The translations under genes were made by a program, and so were the position numbers. A stretch of 59,305 bases of DNA, filler included, from Fonticula-like sp. SCN 57-25 (lineage: Eukaryota), in the NCBI GenBank assembly GCA_001724245.1. It is 8 parts of 8 records of this genome, joined end to end, with 100 filler letters (N's around TTAATTAATTAA, not from the genome) between each part and the next. Parts side by side here need not be neighbours in the genome. Positions count along the whole stretch, not along the records: positions 30,977 to 37,901 come from MEDX01000409.1; positions 38,002 to 45,325 come from MEDX01000410.1; positions 45,426 to 52,316 come from MEDX01000411.1; 5 more parts are not named here. One strand, given 5' to 3'. Position 1 is the first letter of the stretch; each line of letters starts with the position of its first letter. A model generated the notes under the pieces. The model made no database searches, was not told where the DNA came from, and saw nothing but the letters and a program-made list of their open reading frames with translations. Shown here piece after piece: positions 34,920-47,616 of this stretch.

Positions 34920-35614
34920 CTAGTGGAGGAGGGTGCCCTCGCCGCCACGGCGGAACGAGACCTCGACCGTCATGCAGACGCACTTCATGTCGTCCTCCTC
35001 GGCACCGCGGCGGTCGACACCGAACTGGATAACATCACCAGTCTTGATCTTGAAAGGCTTGCTCTCATCGCCGGGCATGCTGAGGCGCATGGCGTTGAGG
35101 AAGGTGCCCGACTGGGACTTGGTGTCGCGAATGTAAAACTCGCCGTTCGACACCCAGATCTCGGCATGGCGGCGCGAGACGACCTTGCTGCGGAAGACAA
35201 CAAAGTCAATGTCGTGCTCGCTCTCGGCATCACCCTATGAAACACACTGTTAGGACGATTGAAAAGGGGCAGCAAAGGTGGGATGGCGCACGCGGCCAAA
35301 CTTGACGGTGCGGAGGACATCGACATCGACGGGCGCGTGGTACTCGGCGCTCGGGATCATGGTCAGGTGCGGCACAATGGCGGCAGCGCTCTATTCACCA
35401 CAGCAGCATCAGCAAACGGTCAATCGCATTCCGTCAACGAGAGTGAAAAACGCACGCGAGCATTCATCATGCCGCTCATGCCCTGGCCCTCAATGCCGAC
35501 GAGCGTGGCGTTGGGGTCAAAGTAGCCGGGCTGGCCGATGAGCGTGGCATTGGGGTCAAAGTACGCGCCGGAGCCGTTGTTGGCGGCGAACAGAGTGGCG
35601 TTCGGGTCAGACAT
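34920..35614 (-). CDS. Stand-alone FHA-domain protein (Dma1/Vps64/SLMAP-type FHA) with N-terminal DPNATL repeats
   Basis: VKFGR|...FRSKVVSRRHAEIW...FYIRDTKSQSGTFLN..RLS...IKTGDVIQFGVD. No RING or coiled coil follows. Confidence 0.82.
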
Positions 35615-35853
35615 GATGCTGCAGAGGGGAGATCGGTCGGTGATACCGCGAAAAACAGCAAAACAAACGTGGACAACAAAGCGAAAAAAAAAAGTCAAAA
35701 AGGGAAAGAGATTTGACAATGATCAGCAATTGACATGATGAGCATCAGTTGATGTTCATGTAATATGGTCATGGTCATCAATGGTCACCATTGTCTGCTG
35801 CGACCGTGTCTGCCTTTCCAGCAGCTGCAAAGTACCCCAGCACGCAGTGAAGC

Positions 35854-37901
35854 ATGGGGGGACAGGCTCCGGCTCAGCCGGCTGCGGCGCCCACTGGAAA
35901 TGGAGGAAAGCGCGTGTACCCGTACCAGGGCAGCTTTGTGATGCTTCCGAACCACCGCCTCTTTGAGAGTATGTTTGCAAGTGATGCTGTCGTTGGCTAA
36001 TGTTGGCAATTGTCCCTTGCAGTGGTGCGGGCGAACCTTGGCGAGCATCCTGCCGATGCGTACCTTATCAACGTCGGGCCGGGCATTGAGAACAGCGGCC
36101 GCGTGTACGACATGATGGTCGAGATTGAGCCCCAGATTGCGCACGCCGCGGCGGACGTGGCCCTCGCTGTTGGCGGGAACGCCCCCTATGGCAGCGTTCA
36201 CAGCGCCAATCTCCGCCAGCCGAATGATCTGAACGGCATCCTGGTCATTTTTGGCGTTGCTCCCGGCTACCGCCTCGATCACACGCGCGCGCAGAATCTC
36301 CTTCGCGACCTCATTCAAGAAGCGCTTTTGCAGGCCTCCCAAAAGAACTGCGAGTCGCTCTCGATGCCCGTCATCTCTGCCGATCTTTCAGGCTTCCCCT
36401 TTAACGTTGCCTTTAACATCATTGCGCACGAGGTTCTCACCTTTCTCCGCGACAACCCGCATCTCTCTCTTCGCCGCGTGAGCATCGTGGCGATCAACCC
36501 CGACAAGATCCGCGCGATGGATGCCCTCCTGCCCGATCTCTGCCGCGACTTTAACACGATCTCTGTCCGCAACATGCGCCCGAGCGACTACTTTGACGCG
36601 CTCCGCACCGCCACAACCTCTCTCATGGCGCGCGGCATCACATCTCTCGACGGCCCTTCGATCGCCGTCCTCCTCTTGAACCGCGGCCTCAACGTCAACC
36701 TGAACCGCATGATGAGCGGCAACGCGCTCTACGAGGCGTCTCTCAAGGACGTTGCCCAGACTCTCAACCTCCCCATGGACATTGCCTCGTACATTCTCTT
36801 CCAAGTCTACGTCCTCGAGCGCATCCGCCAGCTCCCGCAGGCCACCATGACGCGCACCGAGGCCGCCCGCAGCCACTTTTCCAACCAGTTCATGGGCCTG
36901 CTCGGCTGGGAGGCGAACCAGGCCGAAAAGTGGCTCAACGAGAGGCGCTGGAAGACGCGCTCACGCGAGATTTACCAGATGCTGGCGGGATCGCGCGGCA
37001 CGCTGCTCGCGTCAGTGACCGTCGACGATCTTGTCAACAACAATGTGCAGAGGGCAATGGCGCAGACGTTTGTGACAGAAGTCGCGGCCGAGACGGCGGC
37101 CACGCTCAGGGCGAGCGGCGTCGCCGACGTCATGCCGGGCTGCGAAAGGTGGTCCGCGGCGGTCACGCTGAGGGCAATGACGGCGCCGCCCAATCAGGAC
37201 CAGGTCAATCAGCAGAATCAGCAGAATCAAGGCCAGGCGACGCAGCAGAATCAGGGCCAGGCGACGCAGCAGAAGCAGGGTCAGGCTGTCAAGGTGGAAC
37301 AGAATCAGGCCAAGCAGGCCAATCAGCCTCAGGCCAATCAGCGTCAGCCGAATCAGCGTCAGGCCAACCAGCGTCAGCCGAACCAGCCTCAAGCCAACCA
37401 GCCTCAGACTCACAATAAGGGAAATCAGGAGAAATCAGACACTCCTTTCACCGCCGCGCGCGTCAAGCAAGAGCCGCTCTCGAATTCGTCGCCGCTCCCG
37501 GCGGACCCCCCCAAGCCGCGCGCCACCCGCGACACTCCCCACGTGGCGCCCTCGCAGCTCCGCCGGCAGCCCTCTGAGGCCAATGAAATGCTGCCGTCGT
37601 ATGATGACGCAATGGAAGGTGGAGTGGAGGCGCCGCCAATGCCCGACGGCAGCGGTCATGATGGCAGCGGTTATGGCGGCAGCGGTTATGATGGTCATGA
37701 CAACAGTTTCAACGGCGGTTATGGCGGCGTTGAAAAGAGGGAGTCGCACAACTTGATTGATCGGACGACGACGGCGACGGAAAAGAATGCGGCTGCGGAA
37801 AAGAATGCGGCGATGATGGCGTCGACGTCGACGACGGTGGCGCCGGCGGCCCAGCGTGCGATCAAGATGGAGCATGACGTCAAGATGGAGGTGGAGGATG
37901 A
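35854..37901 (+). CDS. Macrodomain + tandem SAM-like + Q/N-rich protein, 3' truncated
   Basis: VIFGVAPGY...LLRDLIQEALLQASQKNCESLSMPVISADLSGFP is a macrodomain C-terminal motif. LLGWEANQAEKWL...RGTLLASVTVDDL is SAM-like. Q/N repeats follow. ATG 35854 inferred through an intron ending at ~36022. Confidence 0.65.
37189..37410 (+). repeat. Coding tandem repeats (QNQGQATQ; QANQRQPNQ)
   Basis: Repeated cagaatca(a/g)ggccaggcgacgcagcag and aa(t/c)cagcgtcag units. Confidence 0.85.
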
Positions 37902-38001
37902 NNNNNNNNNNNNNNNNNNNNNNNNNNNNNNNNNNNNNNNNNNNNTTAATTAATTAANNNNNNNNNNNNNNNNNNNNNNNNNNNNNNNNNNNNNNNNNNN
38001 N
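37902..38001. other. Artificial contig-joining spacer
   Basis: N44-TTAATTAATTAA-N44. Confidence 0.98.
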
Positions 38002-38969
38002 CGGCGGGGCGGCGAGCGGAGGAGGCGGGCGCAGAGGGGGCAAAGTCGGCGTCGTCAAGGTCGGGGATGGCGGCGGCGGCGGCGGGGGAAGCAGCAGCAG
38101 CAGAGGTGGGCTCCTGGTTCATAAAGTCGTCGTCGTCAGAGTCGTTGTCGGCAGCGTCGTCGTCGGCGGTGGAAAAGACAAGGACGTTCGCGCCGGGGCG
38201 CCTGAAAAGAGGTCAGAAACGTGGCAAAAGCGGTGGAAAATGGGGGAAAAAGAGGAGAGACAGTGGCAAAAGTGGTACAAAATGAACCAAAAAAGGCCAA
38301 AAAAAGCCATAAATGTCCCAAAATATCTCAAAATATCTCCAAAAGTAACAAAAATAATCACAAAATGTCCATATTCTCCCAAATAACCCACACTCTTTTC
38401 ATAGAGCACTCCCTCTTTCCTATTACGCACTTTTCGCTCTCCTCGGCCGCCTTCTGCTGCAGCTTGACCTTGTACTGCTGCGCGGCCTTGCTCGTGTACT
38501 TGGCCGTCGCGTCCTTGAGAGGCCGCCGTGCTGCTTGAAAAAGCTCAGTGCAGCGCCGTTGCCGCCAACGCGCATCGTGCGCAGCTGGTCAAAGGTCCAG
38601 CTGTCGAGCTGCGTCGAGCTGGAAAACGCAAAAAAAAGAGCGGAAAATGAAGAAAAAAGAGGTGAAAATGGTTAGAAAAGCGGCTTTTTGGTGCAATTAA
38701 AGCGTACCGAACGAATGAATTGTGGACGCCGAGATTGCGGTGCACCGACGAGCAGTCCATGCAAATGTAGATGCCGTACGTGACGCTGGCCCATGTCGGG
38801 TTCTTGGCATTGCAGTCAAAGCACGCCTGGCCGCATATTCAGTACACAAAACATACAAGACAATACTATGCGAAAGAAGAGCAAGAGAAAGGGGACGAAC
38901 CTTGTTCTCGAGACGTCCGCGCGTCCGCTTGAAAAAGTCTTGAATCTGGGTCTTGGTCGGCTCCGTCAT
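38002..38969 (-). CDS. ArfGAP, ARFGAP2/3 (Glo3)-like, 5' part
   Basis: [15 protein letters not shown]...[50 protein letters not shown]...MRVGGN (C4 zinc finger plus Arg finger). Confidence 0.92.
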
Positions 38970-39286
38970 GGCCGGCAATCAGACAAGAATGCAAAACAAC
39001 AAAAAACTACGAAAGGAAGGGCGGTCCGTAACCGTTTAACAAAGCGCCTCTGCCTTCTTCTCTCTCACGTTAACGATACTCAAACGCGCTGTCTCTCAAG
39101 TGGCGCGATCAACTGCGGCGATCGTTGCTTTCTCCTGCAGCGCTGCCGTGCGTCACCCCAACTCGGTTGATTCACTAATTAGCTGATGACCATCAACAAA
39201 ACAAACAGGTTAATCGCTCTGTCTACAGCACTGTCACAGCATTGTCATTCAGGTGTGGCGGGCAACGCGGCAGCGGCACGGTCATC

Positions 39287-40011
39287 ATGGTGCTGTACTT
39301 TACGAGCAACAGTGCGTCTTTCGCCTATTTATTGGTCAAATAAGGCTCACCAAACTCCTCAGCGATCTCTCCTCCGGCCAAAATCTACATGGGCCGTGAC
39401 AAGGAAGAGAGTATGTATCACATTCTTCCATTCCCGTGACTCACCCCGTTCCTTCTTTAGACGAGGATCTGATTCGCTGGGGCTGGGAGGAAGATGTCTG
39501 GTTCCACGTCGACAAGCTCTCCTCTGCTCACGTCTACCTCCGCCTCCCCACCGGCATGAGCTGGGACGCGATCCCCGAGGACCTCCTCACTGATCTCGCG
39601 CAGCTCGTCAAGGCCAACTCGATCGAGGGCCACAAGCTCAACAACCTGCAGATAGTCTACACGCCGTGGTCCAACCTGAAGAAGACGGGCGACATGGCCA
39701 CCGGGCAGGTCGGCTTCCACAGCCCACGGCTCGTAAAGTACATCCGCGTCGAGACGCGCATCAACGAGATCGTCAACCGGCTCAACAAGACCAAGACCGA
39801 GTCGTTCCCGGATCTGTGCGCCGAGCGCCAGGAGCATCAGCAGGAGCTCAACAATGCGAAAAAGGCAGTGCTCAGGGAGGCTGCCAAGAGGGAGAAGGAG
39901 ATCGAGGCGGAGAGGAAAAGGCAGGCGGAGGCGAGATCGTACGACAGGATCTACACGGCGGCAAAGATGACGAGCAACAAGGACGCGGGCGACGACGACG
40001 ACTTTATGTAG
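39287..40011 (+). CDS. CCDC25: CCDC25/Jlp2 (NFACT-R domain) protein
   Basis: MVLYFTS...IYMGRDKEE|NEDLIRWGWEEDVWFHVDKLSSAHVYLR...QLVKANSIEG...YTPWSNLKKT...DDFM. Confidence 0.93.
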
Positions 40012-40253
40012 GGAAAGAATAGGAGAACGAAAGGGAAAACTGAAAAGAACGCAAAAATGCGCCAAATTCAAGACAAATTCAAGACTGAAACAAGCGAAAA
40101 TCCCTTTCAATGTTATGTGTACCATCAAAATCATAATACAATACCTCAAAGTCAAAATAGCAAATTTATTGTTAAAATCAAACCACACCTCAGTGTCAAA
40201 ATACTAATGATACTCTAACATGAGCAGCCTGCAAATCACAAGCCACCCTTCCT

Positions 40254-41598
40254 TCACTCATAGTTCTTCCTATCGAGCCCGAGCAGGTCAAACGCATTCT
40301 GGCAAAGCACCTTATCCTTGACGTCGTCCGGCAGGTCTGCCCCCTTGACGAGGTCTCCCGGCTTGTGCTCGCCCAGAATGAACGGGTAGTCGCTGCCCAT
40401 GATGACGCGGTCGGCGCCAAACCTGTCGATGCAAAACTTGAGCGCGGCCTCGTCGTGCGTGAGCGAGTCGATCCAGATGCGGCGGAGGTACTCGGTCGGC
40501 GAGCGCGAGTTGGACACGGCGCAGAGGTCGGGCCGCGTCTCAAAGCCGTGCGCGATGCGGCCGAGCGTGAAGGGGAAGCTGCCGCCGCCGTGGGCGAGGC
40601 ACACCTTGAGCTTGGGGTGGCGCTCGAGGACGCCGCCAAAGATGAGCGCGCAGGCGGCCACGGTCGTCTCGCTGGGCATGCCAATGAGCCAGGGGAACCA
40701 GTACTTGGACATGCGGCCGTCAGAGGGCATGTTCCAGGGGTGGATGAACACGGCGGCATCAAGCTCCTCGCAGGCCTGGAAAAGTGTCAGCAAAGTTGAT
40801 GGAATAGTGGAAACAAGGACAATTTCAACACATGAATGACCAATTAATGGCCACAAATTAATGTGTGAAAGATAACGTTCATGTATGCATATTATACATA
40901 AATGACCATCAATAAACATTCAATAACATTCACAAATGCTATTCATGGTCATTGACACCATGAAACATCTCGCACATCTCACACACGAAACATCACACGC
41001 CAACACCTCAACAACATACAATATTATACTTCCCACGCTTCTAAACCACACTACAAGCACGTACCGTCCAGATGGGCTCGAGCTCAGGGGCATCGAGGTT
41101 CCAGTCGTTGACCGACGTGCCGATCTGGATGCCAGCGAGACCGAGGTCGCTGATGCACCGGCGCAGCTCCTTCACGGCGAGCTCGGGCGCCTGCATCGGG
41201 AGCGTGCCGAGGCCGACAAAGCGCTTCGGGTTCTCCGCGACGACCTGCGCGATGTGGTCGTTGAGGTAGCGGCTCAGGTCGAGGCAGTCATCGGGCTTGG
41301 CCCAGTACGAAAACATGACAGGCACCGTCGACAGCACCTGCACGGCAACGCCCGTGTTGTCCATGTCCTTGATACGGTGCTCGGGCGACCACGTGGTGCT
41401 CTGCACGTCGCGAAAGTTCTTTCCGTCGAGCATCATCTTGGCAGTGCCGCACAGGGCCGTCCCGCCATACGACGTGTAGGGCGCGTCGGGCGCGACATGC
41501 GACATGGACACCCAGCCATTGTAGCCGTACTTCTTGGCAAGATCGGGCCAGTGGTGCGGCAGGATATGCGTGTGAAAGTCAACGCGGCAGTCGCACAT
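40254..41598 (-). CDS. ACMSD: 2-amino-3-carboxymuconate-6-semialdehyde decarboxylase
   Basis: [69 protein letters not shown]. One intron at ~40777-41065. Confidence 0.95.
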
Positions 41599-41767
41599 TC
41601 TCGAGCAAGGGGTGATGCGCAGGCAGAGTTGAAGGCGACAGGCGGGCAAAGGCAACAATGAAGCAAGGGCGCGTCCCGCGCGTTCTTCACCAACAGATCG
41701 GAAACGTGATCAGTTTGCAGTTTGCGTGTGATAGTACGGTAACGGTGTGTCATCGTTACGGCGATCG

Positions 41768-43700
41768 ATGATGTGGCTGCGCACGGCAGGGGCGCGTTTG
41801 GCGTCGGCATCGGCGGCCGCGGCGAGGCAGAACGCGCGCGCTGCACCCATTGCCTTTTTCAGTAGCTCAAGCAGTGCTTCTTCGGCGACTGCGGTTGGTT
41901 CGACGACCACGCCGAAAGTGAACATTACGAATGTCGTCACGCCCAAGCGCCATCGCACCGCGGTGACTAATCTGATTTGGCAGAAGCGCGGCGAGCTTGG
42001 CTCGCAGAGCAGCGCCTCGGACAGCCTCGCCGTCCCCCACAGCCTTCTCCCCAGTGCGTCATTTTCTCTTTTCCATCTCTTTTCTAACATTTTTCCCTCA
42101 GAGACGATGCATGATTCGTACATGGTGACGATGCTCCCCTTCCGCGAGGACGAATCCCTCCGCGATGATTACGTAAACGTCTCTGGCAATCTCCGCGTCG
42201 GCAAGCTGCTCGAAGACCTCGACGCCTTTGCCGGCTCCGTCGCGTACCTCCACTGCGACGATCTCAACGACGCATCGCGCCCGCTGACGATCGTGACCGC
42301 GTCGGTCGATCACATTTTCCTGCTAAAGACGCTGCGCGCCGACAGGAACGTGCGCATGCGCGGACACGTGACCTGGGTAGGTCGCAGCTCGATGGAGGTG
42401 ACAATTGCGGTGGAGGCGGAGGGCGAGGGCGAGGGCGCGTGGGACAAGCTCATGTACGCGACATTTGTCATGGTCGCGAGGGACGCAAAGACAAACAAGT
42501 ACGCGCGGAATACGGGAAGAAGAAAGGAAAAAAGTGAATATAGGGAAGAGATAAATGAGTATGTGAGTGAATATGTGAGTGAATATGAGCATGTGGATGT
42601 ATGTATGAGGATGGGGAATATGGGGAATATAATGAATATGACTGTGAATATGGCTGTGAATATGGCTGTGAATATGACTGCTCGTTATAAATCATGCTAC
42701 ATCATGCTACTATACTATCTCTTACTGTTCTACTGACATTTTCCCGCAGGTCTCATCTTGTGAACCCCCTTCAGCTGTCTGGCGACCCCGCCGAGAAGCA
42801 AATCTTTGACGCCTCTGACGCGCGCATGGGCAGCAAAAAGGCAGAGCAGCAGCGCTCGCTCCAGATTGAGGCGCCAACGCCGGAAGAGTCGCGCATGATG
42901 CACAAGCTGTACCTCGCGTGCGTAAATTGTAACCAATGTGGTATTTGATATTTGGTTTATTCGTGTATTGTCATGTATGTATGTATCTATCATGATAACA
43001 TCTACCATGATAACATGTATGAATATCATGTCATGTATGAGTATCATATCATGTATGAGTACATGTATCATGCCATGTATGAGTATGTTCATCATGCGAT
43101 GTCATGTATCAAATATCATCATGACTATCATGATATTTCCTGTCTCTTTCCCCTTTCCTTTACTCATTCCTCTCCTTCAGCGGCCTGAATGACAAGCGCC
43201 CCTGCGTCTCCATGAGCGACACCTCCCTCTCCACCACGCACCTCTGCTTCCCCCAAGAGCGCAACATCCACGGCAAGCTATTCGGCGGCTACCTCATGCG
43301 CTCCGCCTTTGAGCTCGCCTTTTGCAACGCCGCCATCTTTTCCGGCGCGACGCCGCTCTTTGTCGCGCAGGACGACATTGCATTCCGCAAGCCAGTCGAG
43401 ATCGGCAGCGTGCTGCTCTTTTCGTCGCGCATTGTGTTGTGTGAGGGCGCGCCGCACAGCACCATGCAGGTGCAGGTGTCGGCGGACGTGGTTGACCCGG
43501 CGACGGGCGCGCGCGACACGACAAACGTGTTTCACTTTACGTTCAGGTCGGGCAAGGAGCTGCGGCCGGTGATCCCGAGGACGTACGAGGAGTGCGTGAC
43601 GTACATTGCGGGGCTCAGGAGGAGGCAGGCGTCGATGAAGCTCAAGAGGAGCAAGCACGTGCCCATACTGCCGGTGCCGGGGAGGCTCGTGTGGCTGTAG
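41768..43700 (+). CDS. Double hotdog acyl-CoA thioesterase, ACOT9-like, mitochondrial
   Basis: GNLRVGKLLEDLDAFAG, IVTASVDHI, GHVTWVGRSSMEV, PQERNIHGKLFGGYLMR, FRKPVEIGS. Presequence-like N-terminus. Confidence 0.9.
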
Positions 43701-43825
43701 GCAGGGGGGTTTATTGGTAAATAAAGATATAGGTCAATGAGGAGGCAGACAAAGCGATACAGTCCAGGGAATGAACAGGAAATGTCACAGTAAAAACAGT
43801 ATTCAGCTGGAGAAAAATGTCGCTG

Positions 43826-45325
43826 TCAGCCCATGTAGCGAAACATGCTGTCGCTGTCGTCGCTGCTGCCGCTATCCGCCGTCTGGGACGCGCGGCCGCG
43901 AAGCGTCGAAAGGTTTGTCTTTTGTTGCTGGCGCTGATGATGGTGATGATGGCGGTCGGGCGCCTTGGGGGGTGCGCGCGCCGGGTGGGCGACGCGCGGC
44001 GCCGGCGGCATCATGGCGGCAGTGTTGCGCACAAAAAGGAGCTTTGCCATCTCGCTGCGTAGCGCGCAGACATGCTCGCGAAGTCCCTCCAGTTCGGCCG
44101 AGCGCGCCTGTATGGCCGCAGCGCGCGCCGACTGCTCCTCGCGGCGGCGCTCGGCGGCTTGCACAGTGTCGCGGATCGTCGCGCCGGCCTCGGAAAGCTC
44201 GGAAAAGCGACGCAGGAGGTCGGCGATTGGGCGCTCGACGGCGGTAACCGCGAGCATCGACGGCGTCCGCGGGTCCGATAGCGCCATGAGTGCATTGACG
44301 TGAGGCTCGAGGCGAGCAGCGACATCAACAGGAGGCGACAAAGAGGGCAAACATGGCAAAGAGACGCCACTGAATGCAGTCCCGACATTGACAATCAAAC
44401 CAGTGATCTGGGCGATGCAGTCGTGCGCACGCGCGCGCAGTTCGGTACGCTCGGCTTGCCATGCGGCTGCTACGCTGGCGTGGCGCGCCTCTCGGTCGGC
44501 AGCGGCGGTCGGCAGCGCGTCGAGGACGGCGGCAAGGCGGGCGTCCACCATGCGCAGCAGGGCGGTGGCGCACACATGTCGGCGGCGCGCATCCGTCCGA
44601 GCGACAACGGCGGTCTTTTTCAGAGCGTCAAGGTCGGCCAGTCGCTTCTCAAGCGCGTCGGCAAAGCTGCTCTCACGCAGTTCGCTCGCCCGTCGCGCGT
44701 CGGCAAAGGCGGCTTCGACGTCGGCCAGTGTCGCGTCCAGCTGTCGCAGCGCGTCGGCGCCGGCCTTGTCAGCCGCCCCAGCGTCGCAATCGGACACGAG
44801 CGTAGAGACCTTAATGGCAATGTCGCGCAGCGCGCCCTGCCATTGAGCCTGCACGGACGCGAGGCGGTCAGCGGCAAGCTTGGCTGCGGCGTCGCGCTCC
44901 TCCTCACTGCGCTCTCGAGCGCGCCTGTGCTTGTCTGCGACGGCGCGGACCGATTCGCGCGGAGCTTGGGCAACCGCTGCAATGGCCTCGCTGAGCGACG
45001 CTGCCCGCGTCGCGTACGCGTTCGACTCGTCCTGCCGGGTGCGCTGCAGCGCCTGCACGCGAGCGCGCAGCGTCGTCTCCGTGCGGCAGAGCTGCTCCAT
45101 TACGTGTGCGGGGACGTGCTCGGGCTCGGCGCGCGACAACATGCGGTGAAGCTCGGCGGTCATGTCGTCGCACGCGGCGGCCGTGTCGACCACTTCCGCG
45201 TGGCCGCGTTCGACGCGCACGGCCAGCGGCTCCAACTGGCGCAGCATGGCATACAAAGACTCATTCGCTACGGCGAGTGACGCGACGGAAGGCGCATCCC
45301 GGCGCCGCATCACTCACTGTCGCCG
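43826..45325 (-). CDS. Long alpha-helical/coiled-coil protein of unknown function, 5' truncated
   Basis: Open frame of ~495 aa to the contig edge, rich in Ala/Arg/Glu/Leu heptads. No recognised motif. Confidence 0.6.
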
Positions 45326-45425
45326 NNNNNNNNNNNNNNNNNNNNNNNNNNNNNNNNNNNNNNNNNNNNTTAATTAATTAANNNNNNNNNNNNNNNNNNN
45401 NNNNNNNNNNNNNNNNNNNNNNNNN
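45326..45425. other. Artificial contig-joining spacer
   Basis: N44-TTAATTAATTAA-N44. Confidence 0.98.
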
Positions 45426-46160
45426 CAGGACTTATCTGAGGAAAGGATACAAAGACAATTGGCGGGAAAGCAGGATAGTGTTCCAATAGGGAAGAGTGGA
45501 TAGGTAAGGGGTGTCATCCTTACACGTCCCCTTTCTGCGCCTTCATTCATTTTACGTTGTGGACTTTTTTGCATATCGCTGTCGCGAAGGGGAGGGAAGT
45601 CTAAATAGCCAGCGTCGTAGTCAGCTGCGACTCCGAGAATGTGATGGCGAGATTTGCTGCTAAAGTTGACATTACCTGTTTGACGGGAGGCGGTACTACG
45701 GAGTGGTTCGAATGAGCTCCCTTCTGCAGGACGGACTATTTCGGTGGCGGAACGGCCGCGTCTCTCTCCTTTGTCCGTCTGCGGCAAAGGGAAGTAAAAC
45801 AGACTAGTGCGAAAGAGAGAAGGAGTACGTGCCGGCAGTGTCGTATTCGCAGGGTCAATGACAATCCGTATCATGCGCCCCCCGTGCCGCCTTCTGAAAT
45901 GAATGAAAAAAAGTCATGCGGTAGATCAGTAGTAGTAAGAACTGTCCAGGTTTCATGGTCTCGGGTGCTCATTAACGTCGCTATTTTTCATTGAACGTGG
46001 ACCGGACCGATTTATCTGCTATGCGGTGGGTGACATTCTCCACTCAAACGATTGGCGGGCAGACTCGTGTCATGCATGAACCACATCTACCACACCTACA
46101 CATGCCCCGACCTCCGCTACCACGCACACTCTTTCTCCAGTGGCATCAGTCGACTTGTCT

Positions 46161-46379
46161 CGTCACGAGCCCCAAACGCACATTAAATCATCGCTCTACG
46201 ACCCGTACCCACCGAGATACGAGTGTCAGGAACCACCTCCACCACCCCTACACGTGCCGCGCGCCCTTCAACACCACATGTATTACCCCCTCGAGTGGTA
46301 TTATTCGACTCGCCTCGTCACGAGCTCTCGAACGCACCTTGAATCATCGCTCTACGACGAATATTCGCAGAGATACGAG
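46161..46379. repeat. Diverged ~63-nt direct repeat (two copies)
   Basis: cgtcacgagc...aacgcac.tt.aatcatcgctctacgac...gagatacgag at ~46161-46223 and ~46316-46379. Confidence 0.8.
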
Positions 46380-47616
46380 CACCCGCTATTTGCGATCATC
46401 AGGAATCACCGTCCGCTTCCTTCACGGTCGACCATCGTCCCAGACGACGCCCCTCGATTGAGTCGACACCATTGGTGACCCGGCACGCGCGTCCAGGACG
46501 TTCGCACGCTGGCGCACAACAGCTGACTATCAGGACGCCCACGCCAACAGGACATCGTACACGCCTCGCAGCTTATCTCCACCAGCCCGGGTACACAGTC
46601 ACACACGGAAGGCAAAACAGAACGGAAAGTGCGTCTAATGAACGGACATTCCCGAACGCCCGAATGCGACGTTGCCTGACTCAACGACAGTGCCAATGAA
46701 GCGATCTAAACAGCATGATAGCACGATCCACTTGTTTCTCTCAATGCTTGATTGATAATACTAAGCGAGCGACGTTCAAGCAGCAATGCAACGCAGTTGC
46801 ACTGCTAACAATAGCCGTTGTCCATAATTCGTAAAGCTGTAGCAATTGCAGACCGTTTGTGCTGCGAAAACATCGCATTCTTCTAAATGCACCATTTGTC
46901 AACAAACAGGCGAACTTCATTATAGCGGTGCGAATGAACGACAGCATTCCGTTGCGTCAAAGCCATGGCCACTATTATTCGTCGATAGCAACGAAGCCTA
47001 CAGAAACACTATCGTATCCATATGATTGCCATGCAACATCGATTGAAGCAACTGTTTTTTACACTAGTAACAATCACTATCAAGCTGTTAGTCAGTGCCA
47101 GGCAACAGGCTCCATCTGGCTGCGCAACTCTGCTCATTGGCCATAACCAGCCAAACACAGAGAAAACGAATCGCTCTCAAATGAGTGTGCCTCTGTTTGT
47201 ACCGTTTAAGGATACGATATGATATTATATCATTTATTTCTATCTCGAACGGTAGTCAGTTTATCCATCTGTCTGTAGCAGATGTCACTGAAGGTCTATT
47301 CACACACTGTCCAATGCTGCATCATGCAGTGGAAAGCAAGCGAGAACTTAATGATGCAAGTTCATGCGCATTTGAAACGTCTACATTGCCCCATTGCCCG
47401 AAGCAATGTACAATTATTACGTCCGCTCTGAATACACTTTCAGCCAAAGGCATAGTCTGCAATGATCTGTGCATGCGTTGCTGCACTACCAACTGTCTCT
47501 CCCACAAGAACGACACTGCCAAGGGAGGTCTCCAGAGGTTTCGACAGTCCCACCTGACTAGAATTGATCGATCGATCATCACTCAATCACGTGGCCGCTG
47601 CTTCTACCCCAGAAAG

